Assembly (NCBI GenBank): GCA_030390025.1
Contig: CM059432.1
Coordinates: 90,832,001 to 90,896,000 of the forward strand
Reading direction: 5' to 3'
DNA length: 64,000 bases
Source of the DNA: Squalus acanthias
Lineage: Eukaryota
The number at the start of each line of letters is the position of its first letter. The first letter of the stretch is position 1. Made by a program: the position numbers and the translations under genes. This document shows, piece by piece, positions 36,150 through 48,883 of the stretch. Below the pieces are notes generated by a model. The model searched no databases and was not told the origin of the DNA. It saw only the letters and a program-made list of their open reading frames with translations.

Positions 36150-36875
36150 GCTCTGTGCATATCGGAAGCACTAGTATGGAAGGTGACATCGTCAGAGCAG
36201 ATGCGATGGAGACAGAGAAACTGGGAGAATGGAATAGAGTCCTTACAGGAAGTGGGGTGGGAGGAAGTGTAGTCCAGGTGGCTGTGGGAGTCAGTGGACT
36301 TATGGTGAATGTTTGTCAATAGCCTATCCCCAGAAATGGAGACAGAGAAGTCGAGGAAGGGAAGGGAAGAGTCGGAGATGGACCATGTGAAGCTGAGGGA
36401 AGGGTGGAAATTGAAAGCAAAGTGAATGAAATTTTCTAGTTCAGGGCGAGAGCAGGAAACGGCACTGATACAGTCATCAAAGTACCAGAAAAAGAGGTGA
36501 GGGAGGGGGCCTCAGTAGGACTGGAACAAAGAATGTTTCACATATCCCATGAAAAGGCAGGGATAGCTAGGACCCATGCGGGTTCCCATAGCAACACCTT
36601 TAATTTGGAGGAAGTGAGTGGAGTCAAAGGAGAAGTTGTTCAGTGGGATAATAAGTTTAGCCAGGCGGATGAGGGTGGTGGTGGATGGGGACTGGTTGGG
36701 CCTCTGTTGAAGGAAGAAGCGGAGCGCCCTCAGGCCATCCTGGAGGGGGATGGTGGTGTAGAGAGATTGGACATCCATAGTGAAAAGGAGACGGTTGGGG
36801 CCAGGAAACTGGAAACTGTTAAAGTGGCGGAGGGCGTCGGAAGAGTCGTGGATGTAGGTTGAAAGAGACTGGACA
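36150..36875 (-). mobile_element. Penelope-like element RT fragment
   Basis: MDVQSLYTTIP, QIKGVAMGTRMGPSY and HLDYTSSHP...IPFSQFL..RICSD motifs typical of PLE RT. Confidence 0.85.
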
Positions 36876-39800
36876 GAACTCCACCTCCTGCGACCAGACC
36901 TGCAGCCTCAGAGCAGGGCGACCATGGCTCTCCCAGTGGCCTTCAAGGTCATTATGATCCTCAATTTCTTCGCCAGCTGATCCTTCCACTCTGCAGCAGG
37001 AGACATAGCTAACATCTCCCAGTTCTCTGCCCATTGCTGTATCCAGGAGGTAACTGAAGCTCTCTACACCAGGAGAAGGGACTACGTTTTCTTCTCTCTG
37101 AGCAGAGAGAAGCAGGACAAGCGCTCAAGTGGCTTTGCCAGGATAGCGGGATTCCCCATGGTGCAGGGCGCCATCGACTGCACACACGTGGCTTTGCGGG
37201 CGCCACATAACAATCCTGAGATCTTCCATAACCGAAAAGGCTACCACTCACTTAATGTGCAGTTGTTGTGCGACCACCCACAGCGCATCCTGATGGTCAG
37301 TGCCCGCTATCCTGGCAGCAGTCATGATGCCTTCATCCTGTGTCAGTCCGGTGTGCCAGCAATCTCCCAGCCACCACGTCAAACCCAAGGGTGGCTGCTT
37401 GGAGACAAGGGCTATCCACTCTGCATCTGGCTGATGACTCCCCTCTGCAACCCCACCACTCGTGCCCAAAACTCATATAATGACAGCCATGCTGCCAACA
37501 GGAACATCATCAAGCAGACCATCGGGCTGCTGAAGCACCGGTTCCGCTGCCTTGACCGCTCGGTGGCGCCTTCCAGTACTCAGCGGAGCGGGTGTCCCAT
37601 TTCGTGGTGGTCTGCTGCATGCTTCACAACTGGGCCATCATGAGGGCTCAGCCCTTGCCACCAGGGATTGCATGACTACCTCAGGAAGAGGACGAGGGAG
37701 AGGAGGATGAGGAGGAAGGCAGGAGGCAGGCATGAGCTGTCTGTGAACACCTCATCAGAGTCTGATTCCAGTGAAGGAAACCCCAGATCCCCGTTGCTCA
37801 CCACATCCTCATCAACCATATCCCCATCATACCACCCCTCTGTCACAGAATATCAGTGTCCTCCTGGGCACAAAGCTGAAATGATAGCCACCACAAAACA
37901 AAGATTCCAAACAAAATTAATAAATTTATCAATAATCAATTCAAACATACTATATCCACTAATCACCCTTGTGCAGTCCCTTAGTGCCTGTCGTTCGGGT
38001 GCCATTTCCTGATCTAGTGCTCCTACGAAGTGCTCCCCCAGTGGCTGCAGCATGGCTGGTGGAAGGCTGCTGAGTTTCCGTGGGGGAGACTTCAGATGGC
38101 CTTGCAGGACGACCTTGAGCAGCTCTGGACTTAGAAAGCCCACCTGTAGACTGCACCACCTCGGCATGGGCGGCAGCAGTCTGGGCTGGCTGGCTGCCAG
38201 GCAGCAGCAAGGGCAATGGCAGAGTGGCAGTGGTGGGAACAGGAATGCTGTCATCCTGAGAGAGGACAGCAGGTTCCTGCTCCACAGACCCACTGCCACT
38301 TTCCCAGGGCGGTGCCTCAGCATTCCTAGCAATCTGTTGGAGGACAGATTGCTGGCCTGCTGTAACACCCTGAAAGCCCTGTTCGACACTGGTAAACCCA
38401 ACCACAATGGCAGCAGTCAGAGCTTGGGTGGTTTCAAGCTGAGACTGCAGGACAGTGGTTTGCGCTTCCGCTGCGGCACAAAATGTTGGGTCGCTTCCGC
38501 CTATGCTGCAGTGGCAGCCGCAACATCGCCCATCACATGCAACATCATGTCTGGGTCAACACTGTCTCCCCTGGAGTGTTCTATCATTTCAAGCCTGGAA
38601 ATCATGGGCTCCAAGCTCTGCGCAAAGACCTGGCCAATGTTGGAAGCGGACTCCTCAATGCTCCCTGACATTGCCAAGAGGCTCTCCGGCAGGCTTGCCA
38701 TTGCACCTAGCAATTTGGTGTGCATGCCCATCACCCTTCTTCTGAAGGCCACTCCATCAAGGTCCTCATCTGAGTCATGTGCAACAGAACTAAATTATGC
38801 GCAGTGTCAGTTTCTGAGCTGGTATGTGGGAGTGTCAGATTCAGTGACGCTGTGTCTTCTACCGCCTCACTCTCCTCCATCGCCTCAGGGACAGGCTCTG
38901 CAGCTGCTTGTTCTTGGTTATCTGAAAGTAGAAAGGCACAAGGGTCGGGTTGTGATGAGGGAAGGGGTTAGAGGGGCGGGGGGAGTGCAAGATATGCATG
39001 CATACAGCATCAGCAGCTTGTAAGTGAGAAGAGATTGTGGGATGAGGGGGAAGTGGGATGTGAGAAGAAGGATTAGGAATGAGCATACCGTTGTTGTCCC
39101 CAAGGTCTTCAACTTCGCCCGTTGCCACGGCTTCGGTGACTTCCCCTCCAATGATGTCGAGCACTCTCTCTTCCACTTGACTCAAGGCCTGTATCGCGGC
39201 TTGGCCACCACCCGCCTGTATGACGCTGCTCCCGGCGATTGTGCGTGACCTTGGCCTGCAATAGAATTTAAACTAATTTGGCAGGGGGGATGGGCACCAG
39301 GATGTAACATTAGAAAGGGGAAATAAAGTGTTCAAAGGATTGGGAGAGGCAGAGAGCATTAAAGTAAGAAATAGTAAGGTATTAGGGGGGGTCAAACTGA
39401 GAGAGAATACGGGATGGTCTAAGATGGGTTTACAGTGTATATATGTGAACACACGAAGCGTAGTAAATAAGGGAAGTGAGCTGCAGGCACAAATAGCCAC
39501 ATGGGAATATGATGTTGTGGCAATAACTGAGACCTGGCTCAAAAAAGGGCAGGATTGGTTATTAAATATTCCTGGTTATAATGTGTTCATAAAAGATAGG
39601 GAAGGAAAGATAGGAGGTGGTGTGGCAGTATTGGTCAAGGAGAATGTTACAGTGTTGGAGAAGGAGGATGTCCTGGAGGGGTCAAGGACAGAATCTATAT
39701 GGCTAGAGTTAAGAAATAAAAGAGGTGCCATTACACTACTAGGTGTATTCTATAGACCACCAAATAGTGGGAAAGATATGGAGGAGCAAATTTGCAGAGA

Positions 39801-41913
39801 AATTACAGAGAGGTGCAAGAACTATAGAGTAGTAATAATGGGGGACTTCAACTATCCTAATATAGACTGGGATCGTAATAGTGTTAAGGGCAGAGACGGG
39901 GAAGAATTTCTGAAGTGTGTTCAGGAGAACTTTCTTGATCAGTATGTTTCCGGCCTGACGAGGGAGGAGGCATTGCTGGATCTGGTTCTGGGGAATGAGG
40001 TAGGACAAGTGGAACAAGTGTCAGTAGGTGAACAGTGATCATAGTATCATAAGATTTAGATTAGCTATGGAAAAGGACAGGGAGCAATCTAAAGTAAAAA
40101 TGTTTAACTGGGGGAAGGCCAATTTCAGTGGGATGAGAACGGCTCTGGCCCGGGTAAACTGGAATCAAAGATTGGCAGGCAAAACTGTACATAAGAACAT
40201 AAGAAATAGGAGCAGGAGTAGGCCATTTGGCCCTTCGAGCCTGCTCTGCCATTCAATAAGATCATGGCTGATCTTCTACCCCATCTCCACTTTCCTGCAC
40301 TATCCCCATATCCCTTGATTCCCTGAATATTCAAAAATCTATCGATCTCTGTCTTGATTATACTCAACGACTGAGCCTCCACAGCCCTCTGGGGTAGAGA
40401 ATTCCAAAGATTCACCATCTTCTGAGTGAAGAAATTTCTCCTCATCTCAGTCCTAAATGGCCGACCCCTTATCCTGAGACTGTGACCCCTGGTTCTAGAC
40501 TCCCCAGCCAGGGGAAACATCCTCCCTGCATCTACCCTGTCAAGCCCTGTAAGAATTTTGTATGTTTCAATGAGATCACCTCTCAATCTTCTAAACTCTG
40601 CAGAATATAGGCCTAGTCTACTCAATCTCTCCTCATAGGACAATCCCCCCATCCAAGGAACCAGTCTGGTGAACCTTCGTTGCACTCCCTCTTTGGCAAG
40701 TATATCCTTCCTTAGGTAAGGAGACCAAAACTGTACACAATACTCTAGGTATGGTCTCACCAGGGCCCTATATAATTGCAGTAAGATGTTTTTACTCTTA
40801 TACTCAAATCCTCTTGTAATAAAGGCCAACATACCATTTGCTTTCCTACTTGCTTGCTGTACCTGCATGTTAACTTTCAGTGATTTGTGTACAAGGACAC
40901 CCAGGTCCCTCTGAACACCAACATTTCCCAATCTCTCACCATTTAAAAAATACTCTGCTTTTCTATTTTACCTACCAAAGTGGATAACTTCACATTTCTC
41001 CACACTGTATTCCATTTGCCATGTTCTTACCCACTCACTTAGCCTATCTATATCCCCTTGAAGCTTCCTTGCATCCTCCTCACAACTTACATTCCCACCC
41101 AGCTTTGTATCATCAGCAAACTTGGATATATTACATTTGGTCCCTTCATCCAAATCATTGATGTAGATTGTGAATAGCTGAAGCCCAAGCACTGATCCTT
41201 GCGGTACCCCACTAGTTACAGCCTGTCAACCCGAAAATGACCTGTTTATTCCTACTCTCTGTTTTCTGTCCATTAACCAATCCTCAATCCATGCTAGTAT
41301 ATTACCCCCAATCCCATGAGCCCTAATTTTGTTTAATAACCTCTTGTGTGGCACCGTTTCGAATGCTTTCTGAAAATCCAAATACACCACATCGACTGGT
41401 TCCCCCTTATCTATTCTGCTAGTTACAACCTCAAAAAATTCTAACAGATTCATCAAACATGATTTCCTTTTCATAAATCCGTGTTGACTCTGCCCAATCC
41501 TATTATTATTTTTTAAGTACCCTGTTACCACGTCCTTAATAATAGATTCTAGCATTTTCCCAACTACTGATGTCAGGCTAACTGGTCTGTAGTTCCCCGT
41601 TTTCTGTCTCCCTCCTTTCTTAAATAGTGGGGTTACATTTGCTACCTTCCAATCCGCGGAAACCGTTCTAGAATCTATGGAATTTTGGAAAATGACAACC
41701 AATGCATCTACTATCTCTATAGCCTACTCTTTCAAAACCCTAGGATGTAGCCATCAGGTCCAGGGGATTTATCAGCTTTCAGTCCCATTAATTTCTCCAT
41801 ACTACTTTTTTACTAATACTAATTTCTTTCAGTTCCTCATTCTCGCTGGGCCCTTGGTTCTCCACTATTTCCAGGAAGTTTTTTGCGTCTTCTTCCATGA
41901 AGACAGACACAAA

Positions 41914-43218
41914 GGCTGTGATCTTACCTTTTGGTGAGAGTTGGGAGCGGATCAGCTGCCTTCCGGGTTCCGATCGCGCCCCCAGCGACACCCGATGCAC
42001 AGACGTAATTTTACGTCAATTGGCCTTGTTAAGCCCGCCCTGCTGGCTTGCCGGCCAATTAAGAGAAAGCCGGTGTCAGATGACGTCAGTTGATGACGTG
42101 TCATCTGCCGGTTTTCTTAAAGGGGACACGCACATTTTTTTTGACAGATGATTTTTCAGTGCTTGACAGCATTGAGGTGCTGCAAGCACTGCCAATCACT
42201 GTACAAGATGCGGAGATGCCGGTGTTGGACTGGGGTGGACAAAAATGAGAAGTCGCACAACACCAGGTTATAGTCCAACAGTTTTATTTGAAATTATGAG
42301 CTTTCGGAGCTCTGCTCCTTCGTCAGGTACAGTGAGGGAATACAAATCAGTTACAAAGTATATATAGACAGAGAACAATGTGTCTGCAGAGATACAATCC
42401 ATCAGGGAGGCATTACATCAAAGACACAGCTGTACTCTGCTGTGTCTTTGATGTAATGCCTCCCTGACGGATTGTATCTCTGCAGACACATTGTTCTCTG
42501 TCTATATATACTTTGTAACCGATTTGTATTCCCTCACTGTACCTGACGAAGGAGCGGAGCTCCGAAAGCTCGTAATTTCAAATAAAACTGTTGGACTATA
42601 ACCTGGTGTTGTGCGACTTCTAATCACTGTACAAAGGTGAGCCCTTGCACCCAGGCTCTCCAGTGACTCTCTCCTTAGGATAAAACAGATGGCAGCTGCA
42701 GGTGAAGTTACAGAAGCGATCTGTCACTGGTGAGAGAGGTTCTCCCAATGAAGTGGGACTACACAAACACTTCAAACCTTGTTACCTACAGAAAAGTCTA
42801 AATACATTAAAAATGATTTTCCCGACATTTTCTTACCTCCGAAACTCACCAGTGTACCATTGGATCCTTCACACCACTTCTGCAGCTGTCATCAATGCAC
42901 AAACCTTACAGTAGACCCACAGCATGCCACACTTACCCTGGCATGGTGTCCGGACGTCGGGAAGCCCGCTGTCGACCTGTCAAAACTGAAAAAAGCCTCT
43001 TAACTGCCTGTTAACTACCTGTTATCAGGCAGTTAAGTGCCTATAATCCTCTTCCCGCCGCTAGGTGTCGGGTCCCTGTGCAAATCGGGGACCTGACACT
43101 TGGGAAGATTGTATGGAGGTAGGCTGACATCGGTTTCGGTACCCGCTGTCAATCTTTGCAATTTTGCCAGCAGTCCCGCCTCCAAACCTGCCCCCTGAGC
43201 GCCGGTAAAATACCCCCC
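41914..43218. mobile_element. Non-autonomous Harbinger derivative
   Basis: AAA TSD; subterminal sequence resembles the ends of 8212-12458; the CR1 rejoins as gacacaaagtattt. Confidence 0.7.
42207..42621. mobile_element. Penelope-like terminal remnant forming a 374-bp hairpin (42248-42621) with a hammerhead motif in each arm
   Basis: 183-bp arms, 8-nt loop at 42431-42438; 13-bp TSD AATCACTGTACAA; CTGACGA-A-GGAGC gga GCTCC-GAAA-GCTC at 42543-42571. Confidence 0.82.
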
Positions 43219-44380
43219 AAAGTATTTGTTTAATTTCTCAGCCATTTCCTTATTCCCCATTATAATTTCTCCTGTCTCAGCCTGTAAGGGACCCACATTT
43301 ACTTTCGCTAATCTTTTCCTTTTTAGAAGCTTTTACAGTCTGATATTATGTCTCTCGCTAGTTTACGCTCATATTCTATTTTCCCTTTCTTTATCAATCT
43401 CTTGGTCCTCCTTTGCTGAATTCTAAAATCCTCCCAATTCTCAGGCTTACTACTCTTTTTGGCAGCATTATAAGCCTCTTCCTTTGATCTAATACTATCT
43501 TTAACTTCTCTTGTTAGCCACAGTTGGACCACTTTTCCTGTGGGGTTTTTGTGCCTTAAAGGAATGTATATTTGTTGTAAATTGTGTATTAATTCTTTAA
43601 ATGCTAGCCATTGCTCGTCCACTGTCATACCTTTTAATGTAGTGTCCCAATCTACCTTAGCCAACTCGCCCTCATACCTACATAGTTTGCTTTGTTTAGA
43701 TTTAAGACCCTAGTTTCGGATTTAACTTAGTCACTTTCAAACTCAATATTAAATTCTATCATATTATGGTCACTCTTCCCTAAAGGCCCCTTTCCTACAA
43801 GGTTATTAATTAACCCTTTCTCATTGCACAATTCTAGATCTAAAATAGCCTGTTCCCTAGTTGGTTCCACAACATACTGAGCTAGAAAACTATCTTGCAT
43901 ACATTCCATTAAGTCATCCTGCACACTATTACTGCAAATTTGGTTTGCCCAGCCTATATGTAGATTAAAGTCCCCCTTGATTACTGTATTACCCTTGTTA
44001 CATGCACCTCTAATTTCCTGATTTATACTCTGCCCTCCATTACAACTACTGTTTGGGGGCCTATAAGCAACTCCCACCAATGTTTTCTGCCGCTTGCTGT
44101 TTCTTAGCTCCACCCAAACTGATTCTACTTCTTGATTTTCGGAGCTAAGATCCATTCTCTCTACAGTCTTTATCCCATCCTTTATTATCAGGGCTACCCC
44201 TCCTCCTTTTCCATTTTGCCTATCCCTTCTAAAAGTTATGTACCTGGAATATTTAGTTCCCAACCTTGGCCACTTTGCAACCACGTCTCCGTTATGGCTA
44301 TTAGATCAAACCTGTTCATTTCTGTCTGCGCTATTAATTCATCTATTTTGTTGCGAATGCTTTACGCATTCAGATATAGT

Positions 44381-45259
44381 GGGGGAAAAATTCAGTATCG
44401 CCCCGTTTGGGGCGCAATTATCGGCCTGGCGCAAAGATTAGTGCCTGGCGCTAATTATCGCCTCCAACTGCAAACTTGACTTTTATCGCCCCTGGAGCTG
44501 ATTGGAGCGCTAAATCAGGCGCTACACATCTGTCTTAAGGCGCAAAGGCCGAGGAGGGAGGCGCTAACTCAGAGCGCTGGCGAAGCTCGTGTGATGTCAG
44601 TCAGCAATGGAACACAGACACAATGGCGCTGGCCAGTTCTTAAAGGGGAGGGTTGATCTTGCTTTCCATCCACATCCTGCTCATTGCAGCCTTGAATCTC
44701 GGCCTGGAGAGACCTGTACATCAGATCTGCTGGAAAGAACAATAGAGACAACCAGGGAAAGAGCTCAGAGTGCAACCCCCACAGTCTCTTCTAAATCGAT
44801 ACAAGGAAGGGCAAATCAAAATGAACCTGCAAAGTGCTGCTCAGTACCCAAAACTCCTTCACACAGCATTGAATCTCTCCAGAAGTCCCTCTCTCTCTCT
44901 CAGAATGCGTGGTTCAAAAATGTCACCAACAAAAAAAGGCAGGAAGCGGTCGCCTTCAAATAGCGCTCCCCCAGTCCCTTCCTGACTGCAAAACGCTCCT
45001 CTCAACCTGTCGTTGCTAGCGGCAGGGGGCGCCACTCAATATCCACTCCGGGGCACTACCGGGGCGTTGCGCACTCGAATGACGTCACGATCTGCCGGCG
45101 CAGGAGATCATGGCGGTAGTGTTTAGCGCCGCCGCAAAATGTCTAGTTAATTTTGCGAGCAGCGCAAACATCGCCGCGCCCGGGCGCCAGTTGCTTTGCG
45201 CCCCATTAGCGCCCTCTTAAGGCGCTAACGGGAGGCGCAACCAACTGAATTTTTCCCCC
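44381..45259. mobile_element. Harbinger-type MITE
   Basis: Perfect 16-bp TIR GGGGGAAAAATTCAGT, AGT TSD, GC-rich GCGCC/GGCGC subterminal repeats. Confidence 0.85.
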
Positions 45260-46202
45260 AGTGCCTTTAGCTTTGACTTATTTCTCTTTTTCCCTGATAG
45301 CACCTTAGTCACTGATGCCTTATTACCTTTGTTACTCTCTCAGTCCCTTCCTGACTCACTCTGCTTATTTTTACCCAAAACTCTACTCTGCTCTAGACCC
45401 TTGACATTTCTCTCGCTGCTTTTAAATTTACTCTTTCCTGAATCCTCCCGCCCCCACTTCATTAGATTAAAGCCCTGTCTACTGCCCTAGTTATTCAGTT
45501 CGCCAGGACACTTGTCCCAGCCCGGTTTAAGTGGAGCCCGTCCCAACGGAACAGCTCCCTCTTTCCCCAGTACTGGTGCCAGTGCCCCATGAACCAAAAC
45601 GCCTTCCTCCCACACCACTCTTTGAGCCACGCATTTAAATCTCTAATCTGTTTGTCCCTATGCCAATTTGCGCGTGGCTCAGGTAACAATCCAGAGATTA
45701 TTATCTTTGAGGTTCTGCTTTTTAATTTGGATCCTAGCTCCTCACACTCCCTCAGCAGAACCTCATTCCTAGTTCTACCGATGTCGTTGGTTCCTATGTG
45801 GACCACGACAACTGGATCCTCCCACTCCAAGTTCTTCTCCAGCCGCGAGGAGATGTCATTAACCCTGGCACCAGGCAGGCAACATAACCTTCGGAACTCT
45901 CGGTCGTGGCTACAGAGAACAATATCCCCCTGGCTATACTGTCCCCTACCACAACTACATTCCCTTTCATTCCCCCCACTTGAATGGCCTCCTGCACCAT
46001 GGTGCCATGGTCAGCCTGCTCATCCATACTGCAGGCTTTTCCCTCATCCACACAGGCAGCAAGGACCTTATACCTGTTGGCAAGGGCAATGGGTGAGGCT
46101 CCTCCAGCACTGCACCTGGGGTCCCCTTACCTGCCTGAGTTGCAGTCATACCTTTCTGTCCCTGACCACTAACCAGGCCTGTACCACTACCTAACCTAAG
46201 GT

Positions 46203-46325
46203 ATGATGTGGAGATGCCGGTGTTGGACTGGGGTGGACAAATGTGAGAAGTCGCACAATACCAGGTTATAGTCCAACAGGTTTATTTGAAATCACAAGCT
46301 TTCGGAGCGCTGCCCCTTCGTCAGG
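46203..46325 (-). mobile_element. Penelope-like terminal fragment
   Basis: Same sequence family as 1243-1471 and 42207-42621. Confidence 0.75.
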
Positions 46326-48151
46326 ACTTCACCTGTCCGGGATCACAATGCTCTCCACAAACTCCCACATGCTGCAGTTGCGGCACACCACCTGCACTGC
46401 CATCCCTATATGACCTTGTTTTATTTAATTACATTTAATTAAATTTTTAATTAGGTAACTTAGTTTACAGTGTAGTTTCCTGACTACTTACTTCATCCAG
46501 ATTAAGTTAAGGGTACTGCAATTAAATATCTACCTGTAACACAAAGCACTACAAGTAGTGTAGGCAAAAAGCAACAACTCCTTCCCTCTCTTCTCTGAAT
46601 TCCCACTCTTTCCAAATTCCCAGACAAAGCACTCTGTTCAAGTCAACTTCGTGTAATCCTGCTCTGTGATGGAACAATGGGCTGCCTTTAAAGAGGAAAT
46701 AGTTCAGGTACAGTTGAGTTACATTCACACTAGGCGGAAAGGCTGGGCAACTAAAGTCAGGGCTTCCTGGATGACGAAAGAGATAGAGAATATGATGAAG
46801 CAGAAAAAAGCACGTATGACAGATGTCAGGTTGCAAGTACATCTGAGAATCAGGCTATATATAGAAAGATCAGAGGAGAGGTGAAAAAGAAAATAAGAAG
46901 GGCAAAGAAAGGGTATGAGAATAGAATGGCAGCCAACATAAAAGGTAATCCAAAAGTCTTCTATAGGCACATAAATAGTAAAAGGGTAGTAAGAGGGGTG
47001 GGGCCGATTAGGGACCAAAAAGGAGACCTACGCATGGAGGCAGAGGGTATGGCTGAGGTACTAAATGAGTACTTTGCATCTGTCTTCACCAAGGAAGAGG
47101 ATGCTGTCATAGAGATAGTAAAGGAAGAGGTAGTGGAGATACTTGATAGGATAAAAATTGATAAAGAGGAGGTATTAGAAAGGCTGGCTATACTTAAAGT
47201 AGATAAGTCACCAGGAGCGGATGGGATGCATCCTAGGATGCTGAAGGAATTGAGGGAGGAAATTGCGGAGGTACTGGCCATAATATTTCAATCCTCCTTA
47301 GATACGGGAGTGGTGCCAGAGGACTGGAGAATTGCAAATGTTACACCATTGTTCAAAAAATATAAACCCAGCAACTACAGGCCAGTCAGTTTGACTTCGG
47401 TAGTGGGGAAGCTTTTAGAAACAGTAATCAGGGACAAAATTAACAGTCACTTGGACAAGTGTGGATTAATTAAGGAATGCCAGCACGGATTTGTTAAAGG
47501 CAAATCATGTTTAACTAACTTGATTGAGTTTTTTGATGTGGTAACAGAGGGTTGATGAGGGTAATGCAGTTGACGTAGTGTACATGGATTTTCAAAAGGC
47601 ATTCGACAAAGTGCCACATAATAGACTTGCCAGCAAAGTTGAAGCCCATGGAATAAAAGGGACAGTGGCAGCATGGATACGGAATTGGCTAAGTGATAGG
47701 AAACAGAGAGTAGTGGTGAACGGTTGTTTTTCGGACTAGAGGAAGGTATACAGTGGTGTTCCCCAGGGGTCGGTTCTAGGACCACTGCTTTTCTTGATAT
47801 ATATTAATGACTTGGACGTGGGTGTACAGGGCACAATTTCAAAATTTGCAGATGACACAAAACTTGGAAGTATAGTGAACAGTGAGGAGGAGAGTGATAG
47901 ATTTCAGGAAGACATAGACAGGCTGGTGGAATGGGCGGACACGTGGCAGATGAAATTTAACATAGAAAAGTGTGAAGTGATACATTTTGGTAGAAAGAAT
48001 GACTTATAAACTAAATGGTACAATCCTGAAGTGGGTGCACGAACAGAGAGACCTGGGGGTATGTGTGCAGAAATCGTTAAAGGTGGCAGAGCAAGTTGAG
48101 AAAGCTGTTAAAAAGGCTTACGGGATCCTGGGCTTCATGAATAGAGGTATA

Positions 48152-48883
48152 GGGCTGGATTTTGATACGGGGCGGGTTGGGGTCATGTCATCCGCATTTC
48201 GTGTTATCCAACCGACTGCAATTTGATGTGGGAGATTGATGCAATTTTCACCTAATTGGGCAATTGAGTTCCAGCATGTGGAAACCCATGAACCAATTAG
48301 TGTTTTCAGTCTGAAAGTCGCCTCTGATGATGTCATCATTGCTGCTGCATTGCAGGTCAGAGACTGCCTGGTCTCAGAGACTGCCTGGCCTTTGCTGTGA
48401 GAGGACCTGGATGCAAAATGAGCATCAGAGAGACAGAGAGGATTTTTTTTGCATCCAGATCCTCTCACAGCAAAGGCCAGGCAGTCTCTGAAGACATTCA
48501 ATGCAGCAGCATCAGAGGCGACTTTCAGACCTAATACTACTACTACCTTCATTACATCTCCGTTGTAATAGTGGACCTGCAGCTGATAGTCAGCTATCCA
48601 CTTGTGCTCCCGCCAGGTTTCACTGGTGTGTTTCACATCAGGCGTGCTTCACGTGGGAAAAGGGTTAAAAAGTTTCAAAATGGCATTACAGAGCCAATTT
48701 AGGGCTTGTTAAGGGCTTTAATGGCCTCTCCCGCCTCTTGGAGGCGGGACGGAGTCGGGAACACCGCACACGATTTTATCAAAATTGCATGGAGGCGAGA
48801 TCAGGTCCGCCCGCCACTTTTCGCAATTTTAACCCCCCACACGCCTCCAAACCCGCCTCCACGGGTCTATGAAAATCCAGCCC
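48152..48883. mobile_element. Harbinger-type MITE
   Basis: TIR GGGCTGGATTTT, ATA TSD; interrupts the CR1 frame at NRGI|EYK. Confidence 0.85.

Larger units (their letters stand above)
40190..46660 (-). mobile_element. Near full-length CR1 LINE with ORF1 (SGNH esterase) and ORF2, decayed
   Basis: ORF1 motifs VVGDSIARG, HIGTNDIG, DGLHLN (45495-46050); EN 43727-44284; RT 40125-41702; ATAAGAAC-type tail at 40190. Confidence 0.88.

Noticed and set aside
38052..39023. 323-aa + strand ORF
   Set aside because: Antisense shadow of the GC-rich Harbinger Myb gene exons.
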